Part shown: positions 36,651-48,990 of the stretch, piece after piece
Layout of the letters: each line of letters begins with the position of its first letter
How positions within the stretch are numbered: position 1 is the stretch's first letter
From: Sphyrna mokarran
Lineage: Eukaryota
DNA: 64,000 nucleotides
Assembly: GCA_024679065.1 (NCBI GenBank)
Contig: JAGIQG010000027.1
Location: forward strand, 4,588,001-4,652,000
Direction of reading: 5' to 3'
Notes under the pieces: generated by a model
What the model saw: the letters and a program-made list of their open reading frames with translations, nothing else
Told to the model about the DNA's origin: nothing
Databases searched by the model: none
Program-made: the position numbers and the translations under genes

Positions 36651-39600
36651 GTGAACGGACTATCAAGAAAAAAAGACCGAGTCGTTTAATTATTCCAGAT
36701 GCTTAATTCTGTACAAATCGTTAAAAATCAAACTATTATTCTAAACTCAGCATGTTTAAGGATAGGCTGTTGACAACGGGAGGCAGTACAAAAAAACCCG
36801 ACAGAATGCTAAATGGAACACAAAATAAAGATGTGAGTTAACGTGTCCAATAGGAACGGGCCTGGTCGCTGGATGTCGGAAATGATTTCCGTATGAGCTG
36901 AGGTATCGCAGTTCAACATTTGCCCGACTCCTTTAAATACGGAGCATGCCAGTTAAATACTTTGTGATATTCAGCAGCGGGTTAGAGTGAATAAGATTTG
37001 CAGAAAGGGAGGGAGAGACATACAATCGAGAAAACAGAGAGAAGAAAGCAATAGCGTGAGAGAGGAGGGAGGGAGAGAAAGATGGGGAAAGAGAAAAAGT
37101 CACAGAATGCAGCAATGTTAGTTTTTAAGTACAATGATCCAGTCCTACTATGTCAATTTCCTAACAATGTCCAAGTGATTTATAAAATGATTACAATCAT
37201 TACTTTCAAGCAAATAAACCTCAAGTCTCCACGGAGTGCGAACAGGGCATCACCTTATCCTATTTTTGTTCCTCCAATTGCAACAATTTCGGACAATTGC
37301 TCCTTAGAGACCGACTACATTTCAACACAAAGGAATGGAAAAACATGGCAAATCTGGCACCAAAAATACAAGGTTTTCGGTTATGTGAAGCCAGCACTGA
37401 GCAAAAAAAAAATACAAATCGTCATATCTCGTAAAAGAGAACTATATACCACTGAACCCATCAAGAGAATTGTTCCTCAAAATTAGTTTCGTTTTGTATT
37501 ATCAGTGAAAGGTCAGAGGTTATAGTTATTGCATTTTCACTTTTCTAATAGCCAGTCTGGGAGCATGGAGCAGCATCACTATAATTTATTACCCTGTCTG
37601 TGCTGGAGCTAATTTTATCGGTTATTGAGAGGCGTTGAAACGCCTTGAATTGCAAAGTCAAGAACGGTACATACCTACCTACAATGCTGACCGTTTAATT
37701 ATGCATTCTTTAAGAAAATATATGAATTTATATTGAACAAATTTACCCACACTGACCGCTTAACTTGGCTATCTCTGTCCATGTTGACAAGTATTATTTT
37801 ACAAAACATTAGCAGCAAAATTATGCATGTTTGTAACATTTTAGTTGTAACCCATGATCTTATCGTATGCCCTGGATCCATTCTTATATTAAGTTTTCAT
37901 TAAATACTTCTTACAACATTGTGATTCAATGAATGAACAAAGCATAAATTATCTAACTATTCGACTCTTATTTAATAAGCGATTTGTTGATAAGTTGTAA
38001 GGGCTATATGTTTAGTTTTGCTTCCTATCACTATTCAAATATGAAGAAATGTAAATATATTGACATCCTCACCCATTCTTCTGCACGGTGTCTGAGAAAC
38101 GCTATGGTACAGTTCCATGGAAAATAGTCGTAATTTTTCATTAATTTTAAATAGCCATATATAGCCCAGCAAAATGTATTAACAGGGAGAAGGGACATGA
38201 TTTATTCTGAGGAATATAATTACCTGTATATTAAATAGCCATCTTATAAGGGCAACGTCTATTCTCAGAATACGTAGGGTTGTTTCCTTGCAACCATTAA
38301 TACATTACCATCCTTTAAGAGGATTTTATTTAAAATATATCTGTTCAGTTTGAAGGATTTCAACGCAAATGAACGATGCAGATAAGGAAGAGAACAAAGC
38401 AATTATGAAATCAGACACCATAAATAAATCTTATACTCGTCCACAAAGTTAATTCTGGTAGCTGATGGATAAAGGAAAAGAAACACAGTTAAGAAGAAAA
38501 GAGTCCAGAAATCACAAAACTTGAGCAACGATCCTCCTGTTTGCATAGTTTTGTTGTTTTTTCATGCAGTGGAATGTGATCTGCAGGAGAAAAAGATTAG
38601 TAGACAACGTGATAAAAAATTCCAAGAACTGAAAAGAATCAGGCACAAAATATTGTTCAACATATCGGCTCGGTTTCAAATGTTATATTTTAGAGTTTTT
38701 CTGTTTTTGAAGTAGATTAGCTTTAGTCTTTATGTGCTGCTGTCTATAGAAGTCGCCACCGCTCCTTAAAGAGAGGCGAACGAACAAAGCCTTTAGGAGG
38801 GGCTTTTCGTTGAGTGGATTGGCGCCGCGTTGTCAGGCTTGTTTTAAAGCACAGTTACCGTCAGTGCGGATGTGGCTGCAAATTTTCTACCGACAGAAGA
38901 AACTGCCTTTAAGCCTTAACATTTTCAGAGTATAAGAGCGTATTTTGCCTTTCCGTGGTATAAATTATTTCTAAAATAAAACACACATTGCTATCAGCGC
39001 CGCTGAACGAATGTAATGCCATTGAGCATGATTCATGTGTGTTGAGGGCACTGAGTCACATTATTTTTCCATTTTGTGCTGGGAGTTATCAATTAATAAA
39101 GCCTCAATTGAATCTAGGGTCAGGCTTGCAAAGAAATTTACACATCTTTCCTATGGAAGCTAAGCAATATCCAATTGTGTTCTAATATCGATTTGCTAAT
39201 GCCTTACCCCCTTCTCTTTTCTCAGGAGCATTTTTTTTTGGCAAATGAAGAAAATCGACATCCCAAAGGCCTGCCAATCATAGAGGAACTCTGTATTTTC
39301 ATTGTCCCCCCCCCCATTTACAAGCACACACTGTTACTCAAATATTGAGGAAAACAGATTATGTGCTACAATTTGTTGAAAAACATAAGACTTTGCCAAT
39401 CCATCCAATGGCTACCTACATTAACTTCGTGCAACATACACACACACACATATATATAAAACCTGAAACATATATGTGTATGGCAACTACAAAAGAACAA
39501 AGACAAATATTCCATATTTATGACATAAAATATATCGCATTCATTAACAAGTTAAACATTGTTCCACGTACTTGTAGTACGTTCTCAAGTAATAGTGTTT

Positions 39601-40529
39601 GTTATTGACACCTATGTTTTGTACATTAAATAATTAAATGGTTAACAAGTATTTTGAGAGTTTCATCTTTGTTGAGCTACCAGATAGAACATACAATAGG
39701 TAGAATTTATAATAGATAATTCCAACGAAGCCTTGCATAATTATCAAAACAAACACTTAAAAACACTTCAGGTAATCATAATTAAAAACGATCATTAAAT
39801 ATCCCTCAATAAGATAAAGATTGCTATTCAGCTGACAGATAATGGTATTTTGAAAGGCACGCATGTTTCAATACTGATGTTCCTTGCCTGCTGCAACCAT
39901 TAATATTTAATGCCAATCACTGAGTTATTCTAATTTTACTACATAAAGGTTTGCACTAACGATCGGTGTTAAATGTTACGCTGCTATTAATGGCTTCAAT
40001 TTGACTGGCTGGCGTCCAACCGCAGAAGAAAAGGACCGAGGCGTTGTGGAAGTCTGTTAGTCTTCGCTCATTTTCAAAATTGGGTTTCGCAATTCATTTC
40101 TGGTCACCCAAAGCGCCTCCTTCACTAGGTTTTTATTCCAATGAGGGGTTGTGTTTTAAAGAATTCATACAAAACTATCCATAATTGGTAATCACGGATG
40201 CTGTAATTTAAGACCCCCAGCTATAGCTTTCATATTATCCTCTGATCTATTGCTACAAATGGCCCGCAATAATCAACTCTGGGGAGAGGATTACAACCTT
40301 CCTCATTCCTGAATATCATCACTTGCACATCATTCTCAAAGAGCATGATTTATCACGCAGACGAACATAAACAACACACAACTTACACACAATGGCATCC
40401 ATAGTGTTGCTGACATATTTTGCAATAAATCAAGAAAGCAAGAAGAAAAACATTCACAGAAAAATCAAAGAAAATGGAGAAATAAACAAACATACCACCG
40501 TGGTAAATTGAAAAATATGAGGAAAGACA

Positions 40530-40812
40530 CTATTTATCAAATGTTATGACAGTCTTGTAAAACATAAATAACACACATAATATTTACATACAGAGACACG
40601 AGGCGCTGCAGCTGTACTTACAATAATCCAACCCACGGTGTGCCTCTCTTCCCAAATTGTTTTATTCCAGCCTCTCTCTCAAGTTATAGGCTTGTTTTTA
40701 AAAGGACAGTAGAATTTCACGTCAGACATTGGGAGACCATGTCGGCGATTTACCGACGAATACATATCTATTCTGCAACAGCTGCATTAATTATTTAATG
40801 AGTCACGTGATC
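40530..40812 (-). promoter_or_regulatory. Non-coding block between HoxB4 and HoxB3; candidate distal HoxB3 promoter and first exon
   Basis: GCTGCATTAATTATTTAATGAGTCACGTGA (Hox TAAT cluster plus E-box), donor GTAAGT at 40621, and further Hox/Cdx-type motifs at 40530-40570. Resembles a conserved group 3-4 intergenic element (from recall). Confidence 0.6.
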
Positions 40813-42939
40813 GAGGGGGAAGGGGGTATTTCAAATTCATACTCCAAGGAGAAGTGTCACCTTCCACTGGGAGGGCGGAAAATATTTCATATTTCTCTTT
40901 ATTCCCAATGAATTTTGTTTTTAAAATTGTATCAATGCATTACTAATGATTCTTCTTACAAAGCGGGATTCAGAGGTTTTTGCAGAGATTCTATAAGGCA
41001 AGAACTAAATAGAAGTGTACTGTATCAATGGACTCAGGGCTTTCCTGCCTCGCTTTTTGTATGCTTCTTCAGACCCACAACCATGACCACCTTTTATGGC
41101 GCCGATGGTATTCTAGTTATATATGTTAGACTTAGGAACTGCCTCCTTTACTCTAAAATAAATTTGCTTTTCGCGTGCATTGTTTTTCCAAGTTTTCTAC
41201 TCTACGTTTTCTCCTTCATATCATTCTCTTCTGTGGTACAGTTGTCTTTGTACTACTGTGGAACCAATGTTTCTTGTACAAGAACAGTCTCTTTTCACTT
41301 ACGCAAGGATACTGTTATTCCCTCTGTTACAAACTGGCAACCAGTCGCCACCCAAATACCTCCCAAAAATTAGAGTAGTTACAAGAATAATGCATTTTTA
41401 TAAAATCCATTCTAATACGTTTTGCAGTTGTGACATTATAACTATTCGGAGCAAATCTGTGCTAGGGGACAATGAATCTGTTATTGGTAAGAATGTGTAA
41501 ATAGATGTGGGCGATCCTCTTTTTTTACTGGCAGCAGCAGTGCTTTGGAAAAAGCAATAACCTTAGTCAGAATCATTCTCCGAGAAACCAATTTGACACA
41601 GTGCTGTCTAACTTGATCTTGTTTTAATATTCTCTCTGCGGGTGATTCCTAACGTGCAGACTAGCAATTGCAATCGGTGTATTTACAATAGCACTAGAGG
41701 TTATTTCGTTATAAGTTTTAAAATTCCGCTCTATCTAGCCCACACTAATACCTGGAACTCGGCCTTTGTTCTCGTCAGAAACCCCACCGTTTTCAGAAAA
41801 TTACGATGACATAATTTTATGATATCCAGAATAAATCTCATCCATCATATTTATTGCAATCTAAAAGGGTGTTAGAAAATTCCAATGGTTTAGAAAAGGA
41901 AATAAAGATTATTTAGTTGTAAAAGCCTCATAAATACTTCGAAAAAGGAAAGGATTGAGGGGCGGGGACTTCTCAAATAACAAAGGCAACCATTTCGTTT
42001 ATTTCCTTTTAACACACATTTGAAACTTTCCTCTAAACTACATGCTGAATTATTGCATTCACGTGTTTATTGTCTAGAACAAGCAGTAACGTTGCATTAA
42101 TAAATTGGAGTTAGCGAATTCAGTAAAGGTGCAGAAACTGGGCTTCAGTTCACGCCCTCTTAATAGAATTTGTGTTCCACGGCAGTTGCTTTCTTAAATC
42201 GTGAAAAGGTGATATCTATTTCTTCTCTTAGTGAAGGAGGCCACTGAGTAACAATAAGGTTTGAATTAGGGCGTTCACTTCTGAAGCGGGGCTTTGATAG
42301 GAATAAGCTGCTTTGAAAAGCCCAACACGTTGTATCCATGGAATGTCTCTTTCTATTCCTCTCTGTCTCTCCCTCCTGCCCAATGCTCATTGTCCGCAAA
42401 CAAACGGCATTTAAAGATTTTTTTAAAAGTCAGGTTAAAATTTTATCGTTTTCATTAATACACAAAAACTTTGAAATAAAATTTCAAGGTATGTCAATAC
42501 GTTAAATTTCCTACAGAGAAAAGGCAAGCTGAGAAAACAATGGTCTATTTTCCTTCTCAACCGTTGGATTTTTAGAGACCATTTTTAAATATGTTTGCAA
42601 CACGCACACACATACAGACAGCTGTGTATGTATCTAAAAATCATTCCACAATCTATTCTTAGTTGTCACTGAATATTTTAAAAAAATCAAAACTAACGTT
42701 CAGGATCATCCATCTTCTCTAATGCAAGTTGGGAAATAATTGCACAGAAGCAAGCCTAACAGGACGGATACTATTCGACCACGCAGCACAGAATTTAAGT
42801 CGAATGAACGAGGGGTAACCCTGGATTTTTTTATCCTTTAGTATTGAGAATGTTCAGATAGAACAGAGTCATGTCTTAAAGGTCAAGGGTTTCAGAGGTC
42901 AGACTGCTAGAATAAAAACAGCTAATCGGATAGAAAAGT

Positions 42940-42956
42940 TGTCCTTTCCGTGAACC
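42940..42956 (-). promoter_or_regulatory. HoxB4 3' DR5 RARE (early neural enhancer, ENE)
   Basis: GGTTCA cggaa AGGACA about 2 kb past the HoxB4 3' end; matches the group-4 3' RARE pattern RGTTCA-n5-AGG(A/C)CA. Confidence 0.82.
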
Positions 42957-43718
42957 CTTTCGGCCGTCCTGCTGACCAACCATCATGCTGATTTTATTCC
43001 GTAAGATTCATATATACTTAAAAACACATTTCAAATAATAAGCAACGAAACGCAGATTATAAGCAGATACTTCAGTTAATGCATTGGCTGTGCATTCAAA
43101 GTTGCACAGAATGAGTGTGTGTTCACATTTAATTATCAAAAGAACAACAAAGCGATTCAAAGCGAGGAAATTAATTGGCTTTGTTTGCTATTACCTTTCC
43201 TTTCAGCATTTTCCTTTTTCGAACCCAGAGCATTTTTACGATTTTTAATCATAGTTGAGACGGAATCTTCCGGTGTGACTGAGATATTCCACGCTCTGCC
43301 CATATTTTTAAAGAACCCTCCAGGTCGCTCACCACTTTTGCCCGGGACCAGCCATCCAGATTTGCTGTTGAGCAACAATGGGAGAAGTATTTAAAGAAAG
43401 CAGTGATTAATGATTTCAAGTTAATTCTCACATTTTCAGAACCTCTTTGCGTACAAATAATGCCTCTGAACTTTAGTTGTATAGCATGCATTCAGAGCCT
43501 TTGGCAACAGTCTGGCAGAGGGTGTAGGACTGGCTGGCCTGTTATCTGTGTCTATGAATAGAGAAGATTGAGCAGTGATTGCCGAGATTTAATGAATAAT
43601 TCTTATATTATTAACTAAAATAATTGCTCCTCAAAACACTTCAGAATTATATACCTTAACGAAAATGTTACATTTGGAAAGGCTGCATTTCGCATCGTCT
43701 CAGTTTCGTGGGACCTCC

Positions 43719-43759
43719 GGGGGGAGGGGAGGCGGGGGGGGGGGGGGGGGGGGGGGGGG
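43719..43759 (+). repeat. Poly-G tract (26 consecutive G at 43734-43759)
   Basis: Seen directly. Confidence 0.9.
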
Positions 43760-44862
43760 ACATAAAACACGTATACATTGGTTAGACAAGAGTTACATTG
43801 GTTAGACAGAGTTTTCTCATATAAGCGACAGATTGTAAATCGTTGTATTGTCTCTAAAGACAAAATGTGATCTAAGAAAATCAAACTTTATTTTTGTTTC
43901 TTCTGTGACAGTTGAATATACGAAATTTTATCAGTTTGCAAAACACAATATAAACGATCGAAAAAGGCATATTATATCATGTGCAGATCAGTGATGTTTT
44001 CTGGGTGTATTTGGCATGAATATTTTTGAAGAATGAGGATGGGGTACGGTGGGATTACCATACCCTTTCAGTTACAAAGTCAAAATGTAGTTTGGTAATA
44101 TTATTTGTTAAATTGTAGGACTAAGTCAAAACACGTGCATAGTAAGTTAAACTCTTGAACCAGAGAATATTTCTCCCAAATATACAATATTGTGCTGTGC
44201 AGAGATGTAAATTCCATGGAGGTTTTCTTTCGATATTTGCTGCATTTTTAGATTCCAGATTGCATATGCAATGTGCTATATGAAAGAAAATTAAAATTAA
44301 TATGAAGCTTCATCTGACAAAAGAGGTCATTTGTCTTCTTGATTATCTATTTGCTTGTCAAAGCTTGAACCATTACACCCTCCAATCCCTTTCCAATACC
44401 CAAACGCACATGCACAAAGAAAAAATGCTAAAAAGTATGGTATAAATAATAGAAATGGATTTAACTTTAAAAGATTAAGGATTGTACAAGAGAAAAAATA
44501 GATCTGGCAGTGATCCTAAACAATCAAGAAATAACAGATATCCAGAGTGAAGTAGCCAATCTTTAAAACAGTGTGTTTTCCAAACTTATTATCCTATTGC
44601 ATTATTGTACAATACATCTATATCTACAAACAGGTGTAAAGGCCTTTAACAATGTCGGATAAGCATTTCATTTGTTTTGAGGTGTACCCCTTCTGGCAAT
44701 ATTTCCACCAAGCCAATGTCCTTTGTTATCACCCTGGCCAACTCATACAGATGGATGAGCTTAGAAAAATCTCCAGTCATGTCACCAGATCATATTGCTT
44801 CGAGAATTGGACCAGCAGACTACGCATAAATAAACAAAGGAAAAGATACACCTTGAAAAAAA

Positions 44863-44868
44863 TTTATT
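44863..44868 (-). terminator. Candidate HoxB4 polyadenylation signal (AATAAA)
   Basis: AATAAA on the minus strand followed by a GT/T-rich downstream element, about 900 nt after the stop. Confidence 0.6.
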
Positions 44869-45774
44869 TCGGTTATTACTATTTACACATATTTTGGTCT
44901 GGATGAGAGTCAATACATACAGAACAATGCAAGGACATAGACTGCTAACGAAAATACAAACTCCTGTGGGCCCGAACGATGTAGCTGCTAAACTTCATAT
45001 TTTGGAATGTTATAAAGAATGATAAGGAAATTAAAACAGTTTATCTACCTATCCGTCCACTTCTTTCAGCTAATGTACAATCTATTAATACTAAGGCCAG
45101 AAGCAAGTATTGTATCGTGGCTGTACAAGTCACATGCAACATTTTCATAACATTTTAAATAACTTTGTTGACATAATTTATTCCTACATTTGATTTTTAC
45201 ACGTTTGCTTTTAAAGTCGAACTACATACATTTTTATTGGCACCGAAAGTAATATATTTGGGATCTTAACGTCTGAGGAAATGGAGTACATGTCAGTGTA
45301 ATATTCCAAAGAAAATACCCAAAATGTTTCTTTTTGTAAACCCCATTGGAAAATGACTTCGAGCTTAAAACCACAAGGGCCATCTTGCCGAACTGCTTCA
45401 ACATTCTTGTTGTGAGTTTGTTTTTGTGTGAATAAAAGACAGTTTGTCATCCCAGGTTGACGAAACGGAGCCTCATTTATTAAAGTGTTCGTTTGCTGTC
45501 GAGGTAATCGTAGGCATAGAGTTCATCCTTTGTACCACCAAGTAAACATGACAAATGGGGAGACTTTGGCGTGATTAAAGATGAAACGAGGATTCATCTT
45601 TGCCAATCTCTTCTGAAAACTGCAATCTACAATATTACTTATGGGGGAGGGGTGAAAGGAGTGGGCAAAATCGGAGTATTTACAGCTTAGACTTTGCCAT
45701 TATAAATAAACAGTCTTTCTGTTAAAATTCTATGCTTATGCGCGCGTCTACCACTTTCTCTCCCACAAGAGCAG

Positions 45775-46094
45775 CTATAATGTGGCTGATGGTCCACTTG
45801 GCTCCTGGTTCTGAGAGCTTCCTTGCGATTGATGACTTGCAGAGGATGAGGAGCCTGTAGTAGACCTGATTTTGGTATTTGGCAACTTGTGGTCCTTTTT
45901 CCATTTCATTCGCCTGTTCTGGAACCATATTTTAATCTGTCGTTCTGACAGGCAAAGAGAATGGGCTATTTCCACCCTGCGTCTCCGGGTTAGGTACCGA
46001 TTAAAATGGAACTCCTTCTCCAGCTCTAGAACTTGCTGCCTCGTGTAAGCAGTGCGGGAGCGTTTGGGTTCCCCTCCTTTGTAATTAGGGTTCA
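45775..46094 (-). CDS. HOXB4: Homeobox protein Hox-B4, exon 2
   Basis: [77 protein letters not shown]; RRVEIAH and TKIRS are B4-type. Acceptor tttgttcag, phase 1. Confidence 0.96.
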
Positions 46095-46279
46095 CTGAAC
46101 AAAAAGCAACAACACAGAAATAACTGACTGAACACCACGAATCTCACAAGGAATAGAACTAGTGCACTTAAAGTAAGCATTAGCGTAAGAAAAATGTAAA
46201 AGTTCACTTCTATCATTAACTGCTGCTCAAAGAGATCTGAGCGGCTAAGACACAACACATCAAAGGCACATGGCCAGAA

Positions 46280-46350
46280 GTGTAATTGTACTGCAATAAA
46301 AATTTATGGAGGATGTGATTACTGACCTCCAGATAGGCGATCGTAAATCT
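46280..46350. promoter_or_regulatory. Group-4 intronic homeodomain-binding element (HB1-type)
   Basis: GTAATT...GCAATAAAAATTTATGG...GGCGATCGTAAA motif cluster near the 5' end of the intron, typical of Hox4 introns. Confidence 0.7.
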
Positions 46351-46425
46351 AAAGAATGGCTATTTACAGTGGGTGCAATAGATCCCGGGCTTTCAGGTGG
46401 TAAAAAGCCCAGGCAAACGACTCAC

Positions 46426-46831
46426 CGACGTTTATATGTAATTTCTTCATCCACGGATAAACCACAGGCTCTTTGGAACAAGGAGTGTTTTGGTTGCTGA
46501 AGTTCTGACTGCAAGAGGGCGGTGGGCTTGGAGTCACCGAGACACACTGGTGGCCATGCTTGTCTAAGTGGTTCTGCAGGCCGGTCTGCGATTGTACGTG
46601 ACCCCTAGGCGCCACGACTTGCTCGCCCGAGCCCTGGAGGTTGCTGCAAGAGGAGTAGGGCTGCTCGCTGTACGCTGACCGCGGGTACATCGCCTCATGC
46701 TGGAACCCGGGCTCCCGTGCCCGGGTAAAGTATTCCGGAGAATGGCTTGGTAGGTAATTGTTCTGAGAATACTCTTCACACGGTGGAAATTTAGGGTCCA
46801 CATAGTTAGAATTAATCAAAAACGAACTCAT
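46426..46831 (-). CDS. HOXB4: Homeobox protein Hox-B4, exon 1
   Basis: MSSFLINSNYVDPKFPPCEEYSQ...KEPVVYPWMKK; donor G|GTGAGT at 46425. Confidence 0.96.
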
Positions 46832-46901
46832 GACCTTTAATATCTGAAATGCAAAATAACTCAAAATTTTTTCTAACCCAGCCGTTTTTCCTGTTACCTA
46901 A

Positions 46902-46995
46902 ACCCTCCTACTTTACTGTCAAGTGAACAAAGTTAGGCGTTCATGTGACACCGGCAGCCAATGGTAGGTCCCGTTCGATTCCCGGATAAGGAAAT
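46902..46995 (-). promoter_or_regulatory. HoxB4 proximal promoter and conserved leader
   Basis: CTAACTTTGTTCACTTGACAGTAAAGTAGGAGGG block, CATGTGAC (46942-46949), GCCAAT (46957-46962), ATTCCCGGATAAGGAA. Confidence 0.7.
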
Positions 46996-48194
46996 AGAAT
47001 TGGACGTTGAATGCTCCCAAGCTTCTCCCCTAAACAGTTTTTGATTACAGCATTTAATATGCCTTTTTTATTCCTAAAACTTGGCAACTTTGCAGATAGG
47101 ACCTTTTTTCCTTTAAGTCCGCTGAGTAGAATTGACGTCGTCCAAACGGATTTGTTTTATGATCAGTGGTTTCTTACCAGTCGATATCACTTCCAAAAAA
47201 AGACTTAGCTTTGCAAAAAAAAATAAAATAGGAGCTTATACGTTAGAATCTATCCATAGCTTGTAAATCTTTTTGTAATGGCAATGCTAACGCCTTTGCA
47301 GAGCTTGGGGAGGAGGAAGGCGTTTTGGCTGGCAAAGATAAATCGGGTTGCTTTGGATCAATAGAAAATTCATCAACTAATTCAGGACACCTAAGTCAAC
47401 AAATTGCGTTTAGCAATGCATTAGACTGGCGATTTTCACCCAGAATATCTCTAGTTGAAACGATTCCCTGCGAAACATCCCCAGAATACGTAAATTAAAA
47501 GAGAAAAACATTTCAGAGGTAACAACCACACGCAAGTCTAAACGAAGTTGCCCATGTTCGATTATGATCATGATACCAAAGAGTGGAAGGAATACTAATA
47601 CACGTTTGCCTCTTGCTACATTTCGTTGACTTTAATTAAAAGTGTGCACTCTACAATGGAGCTACTTTTATTTGTGAAATCGCAATGTTTCTGAATTCTC
47701 GAGAAGACATGACACAAATAACTGTAAAGATTTATTAAAAATGATACATATAAACTGAGAAGAAATCCACAATTAACTGGAATTAAATAATTGAAGATGC
47801 TCATATACTTTTACTGTATGGTGGACTGCAATTTCATGGACAGCAAACGACATGCGTGGGAGTTTCGAATTGATTAATTTCTAAGTCATAACAAACCTTG
47901 TAAAGCTGACTATTTTAACGGAGGTATGCGCGGGATTATCGAAAAAGGTAACAGTAACATTCCATATTTAAATGACGTAACAAATACAGCACCAGAGTGC
48001 TGAGAGTTGTTGCAACAAGACTGAAAAGGAAATAAAAAGGGCAGGACGTCATTCCAAGCAGCAGACTGGTCCGCAGAATCAGGTAGATGAATACTATGTC
48101 TCGCTTTTATTTATTTAGCTATAGTATCGATTTATACGAAGAAGATTCTAGGCGTGAACATATTCTTCTGGCTTCCGGGTGAATGTTGTTGCGT

Positions 48195-48288
48195 TTGTGT
48201 CGACTACATACTCCCCTAGATACGAATTTGTGACCACAACTTTGTCAACACAAATTCGGATCTACAGGGTATATATAGAGGACAGACA
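48195..48288 (-). ncRNA. MIR10A: microRNA miR-10a precursor
   Basis: Mature 5p TACCCTGTAGATCCGAATTTGTG at 48249-48271 and 3p CAAATTCGTATCTAGGGGAGTA at 48209-48230 form a hairpin, in the canonical position upstream of HoxB4. Confidence 0.97.
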
Positions 48289-48734
48289 TATTTTTCAGCA
48301 TTTTTGTAGCCCAGAGACGTTCAAGAACATCCATGTAAATGTGCACGCATCATTGAACCAAGTGCACATACATGTGTGTTTTATATGTATCTGCACAACT
48401 TGAGTGAGGACCCCTTTCTCCGATTTCTTTCAGCAATTTGTATTGTCATTCATGCATCTTTTATGAAAAATGAGGCGCTCCATTTTGCAAATGTAACGAA
48501 AGTAATGTAAGTAAATTATGAACAAAATATTCTGGAAGAATCCAAAGAATCCACTTTCAGGGTCAACTTCGAATTATCGTAAAAGCAAATACTCAGCAGC
48601 CAGATCTAAAGCGGCCAGATAGGAGGATAAGTCACATGTGATACTTTCCCAAAAGTTTGTTTCGAGCTGCAACAGAGACAAAGAAATTTTCTTTATATTT
48701 AATTTATTCAGAAGCAGTGGAGAAGTCTGCACGC

Positions 48735-48990
48735 AGTGGTTACATAAATCTTACAGCAGACATTGTGAAAATCACGCACCCTTCGCTCTGATAAATTCCT
48801 ATAAAAGAATGAGTGTTACTCTGATGTACCTGGGTGATTTATCTTTATGTAACACGCGGCCCAAATAGTGAGTACTAAAAGACCAACTAAAATGACTCGA
48901 GTAATTTCCTTTAGGGTAACACCTTTTTTTTCTTAAATCCAATGGCTGCCATAAGTTGCCCATAAAATTACATATTACAAATTTTGCCAA
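48735..48990. promoter_or_regulatory. Candidate conserved non-coding block upstream of miR-10a
   Basis: Dense Hox/Cdx/Pbx-type motifs (CATAAATC, TGATTTAT, TTTATG, CCATAAAA) and CCAATGGCTGCCATAA. Confidence 0.5.

Noticed and set aside
37590-37597. Extra miR-10 8mer matches at 37590 and 10791
   Set aside because: They fall in predicted intronic or intergenic DNA, not in mature mRNA
46933-46944. Tiny ORF (MNA*) upstream of HoxB4, and ATG-TGA upstream of HoxB2
   Set aside because: The ATGs are part of the E-box-like promoter motifs and probably lie upstream of the TSS
46973-46985. GTTCGATTCCCGG resembles a tRNA T-loop / Pol III B-box
   Set aside because: No A-box, cloverleaf or T-run terminator; it is part of the HoxB4 promoter block
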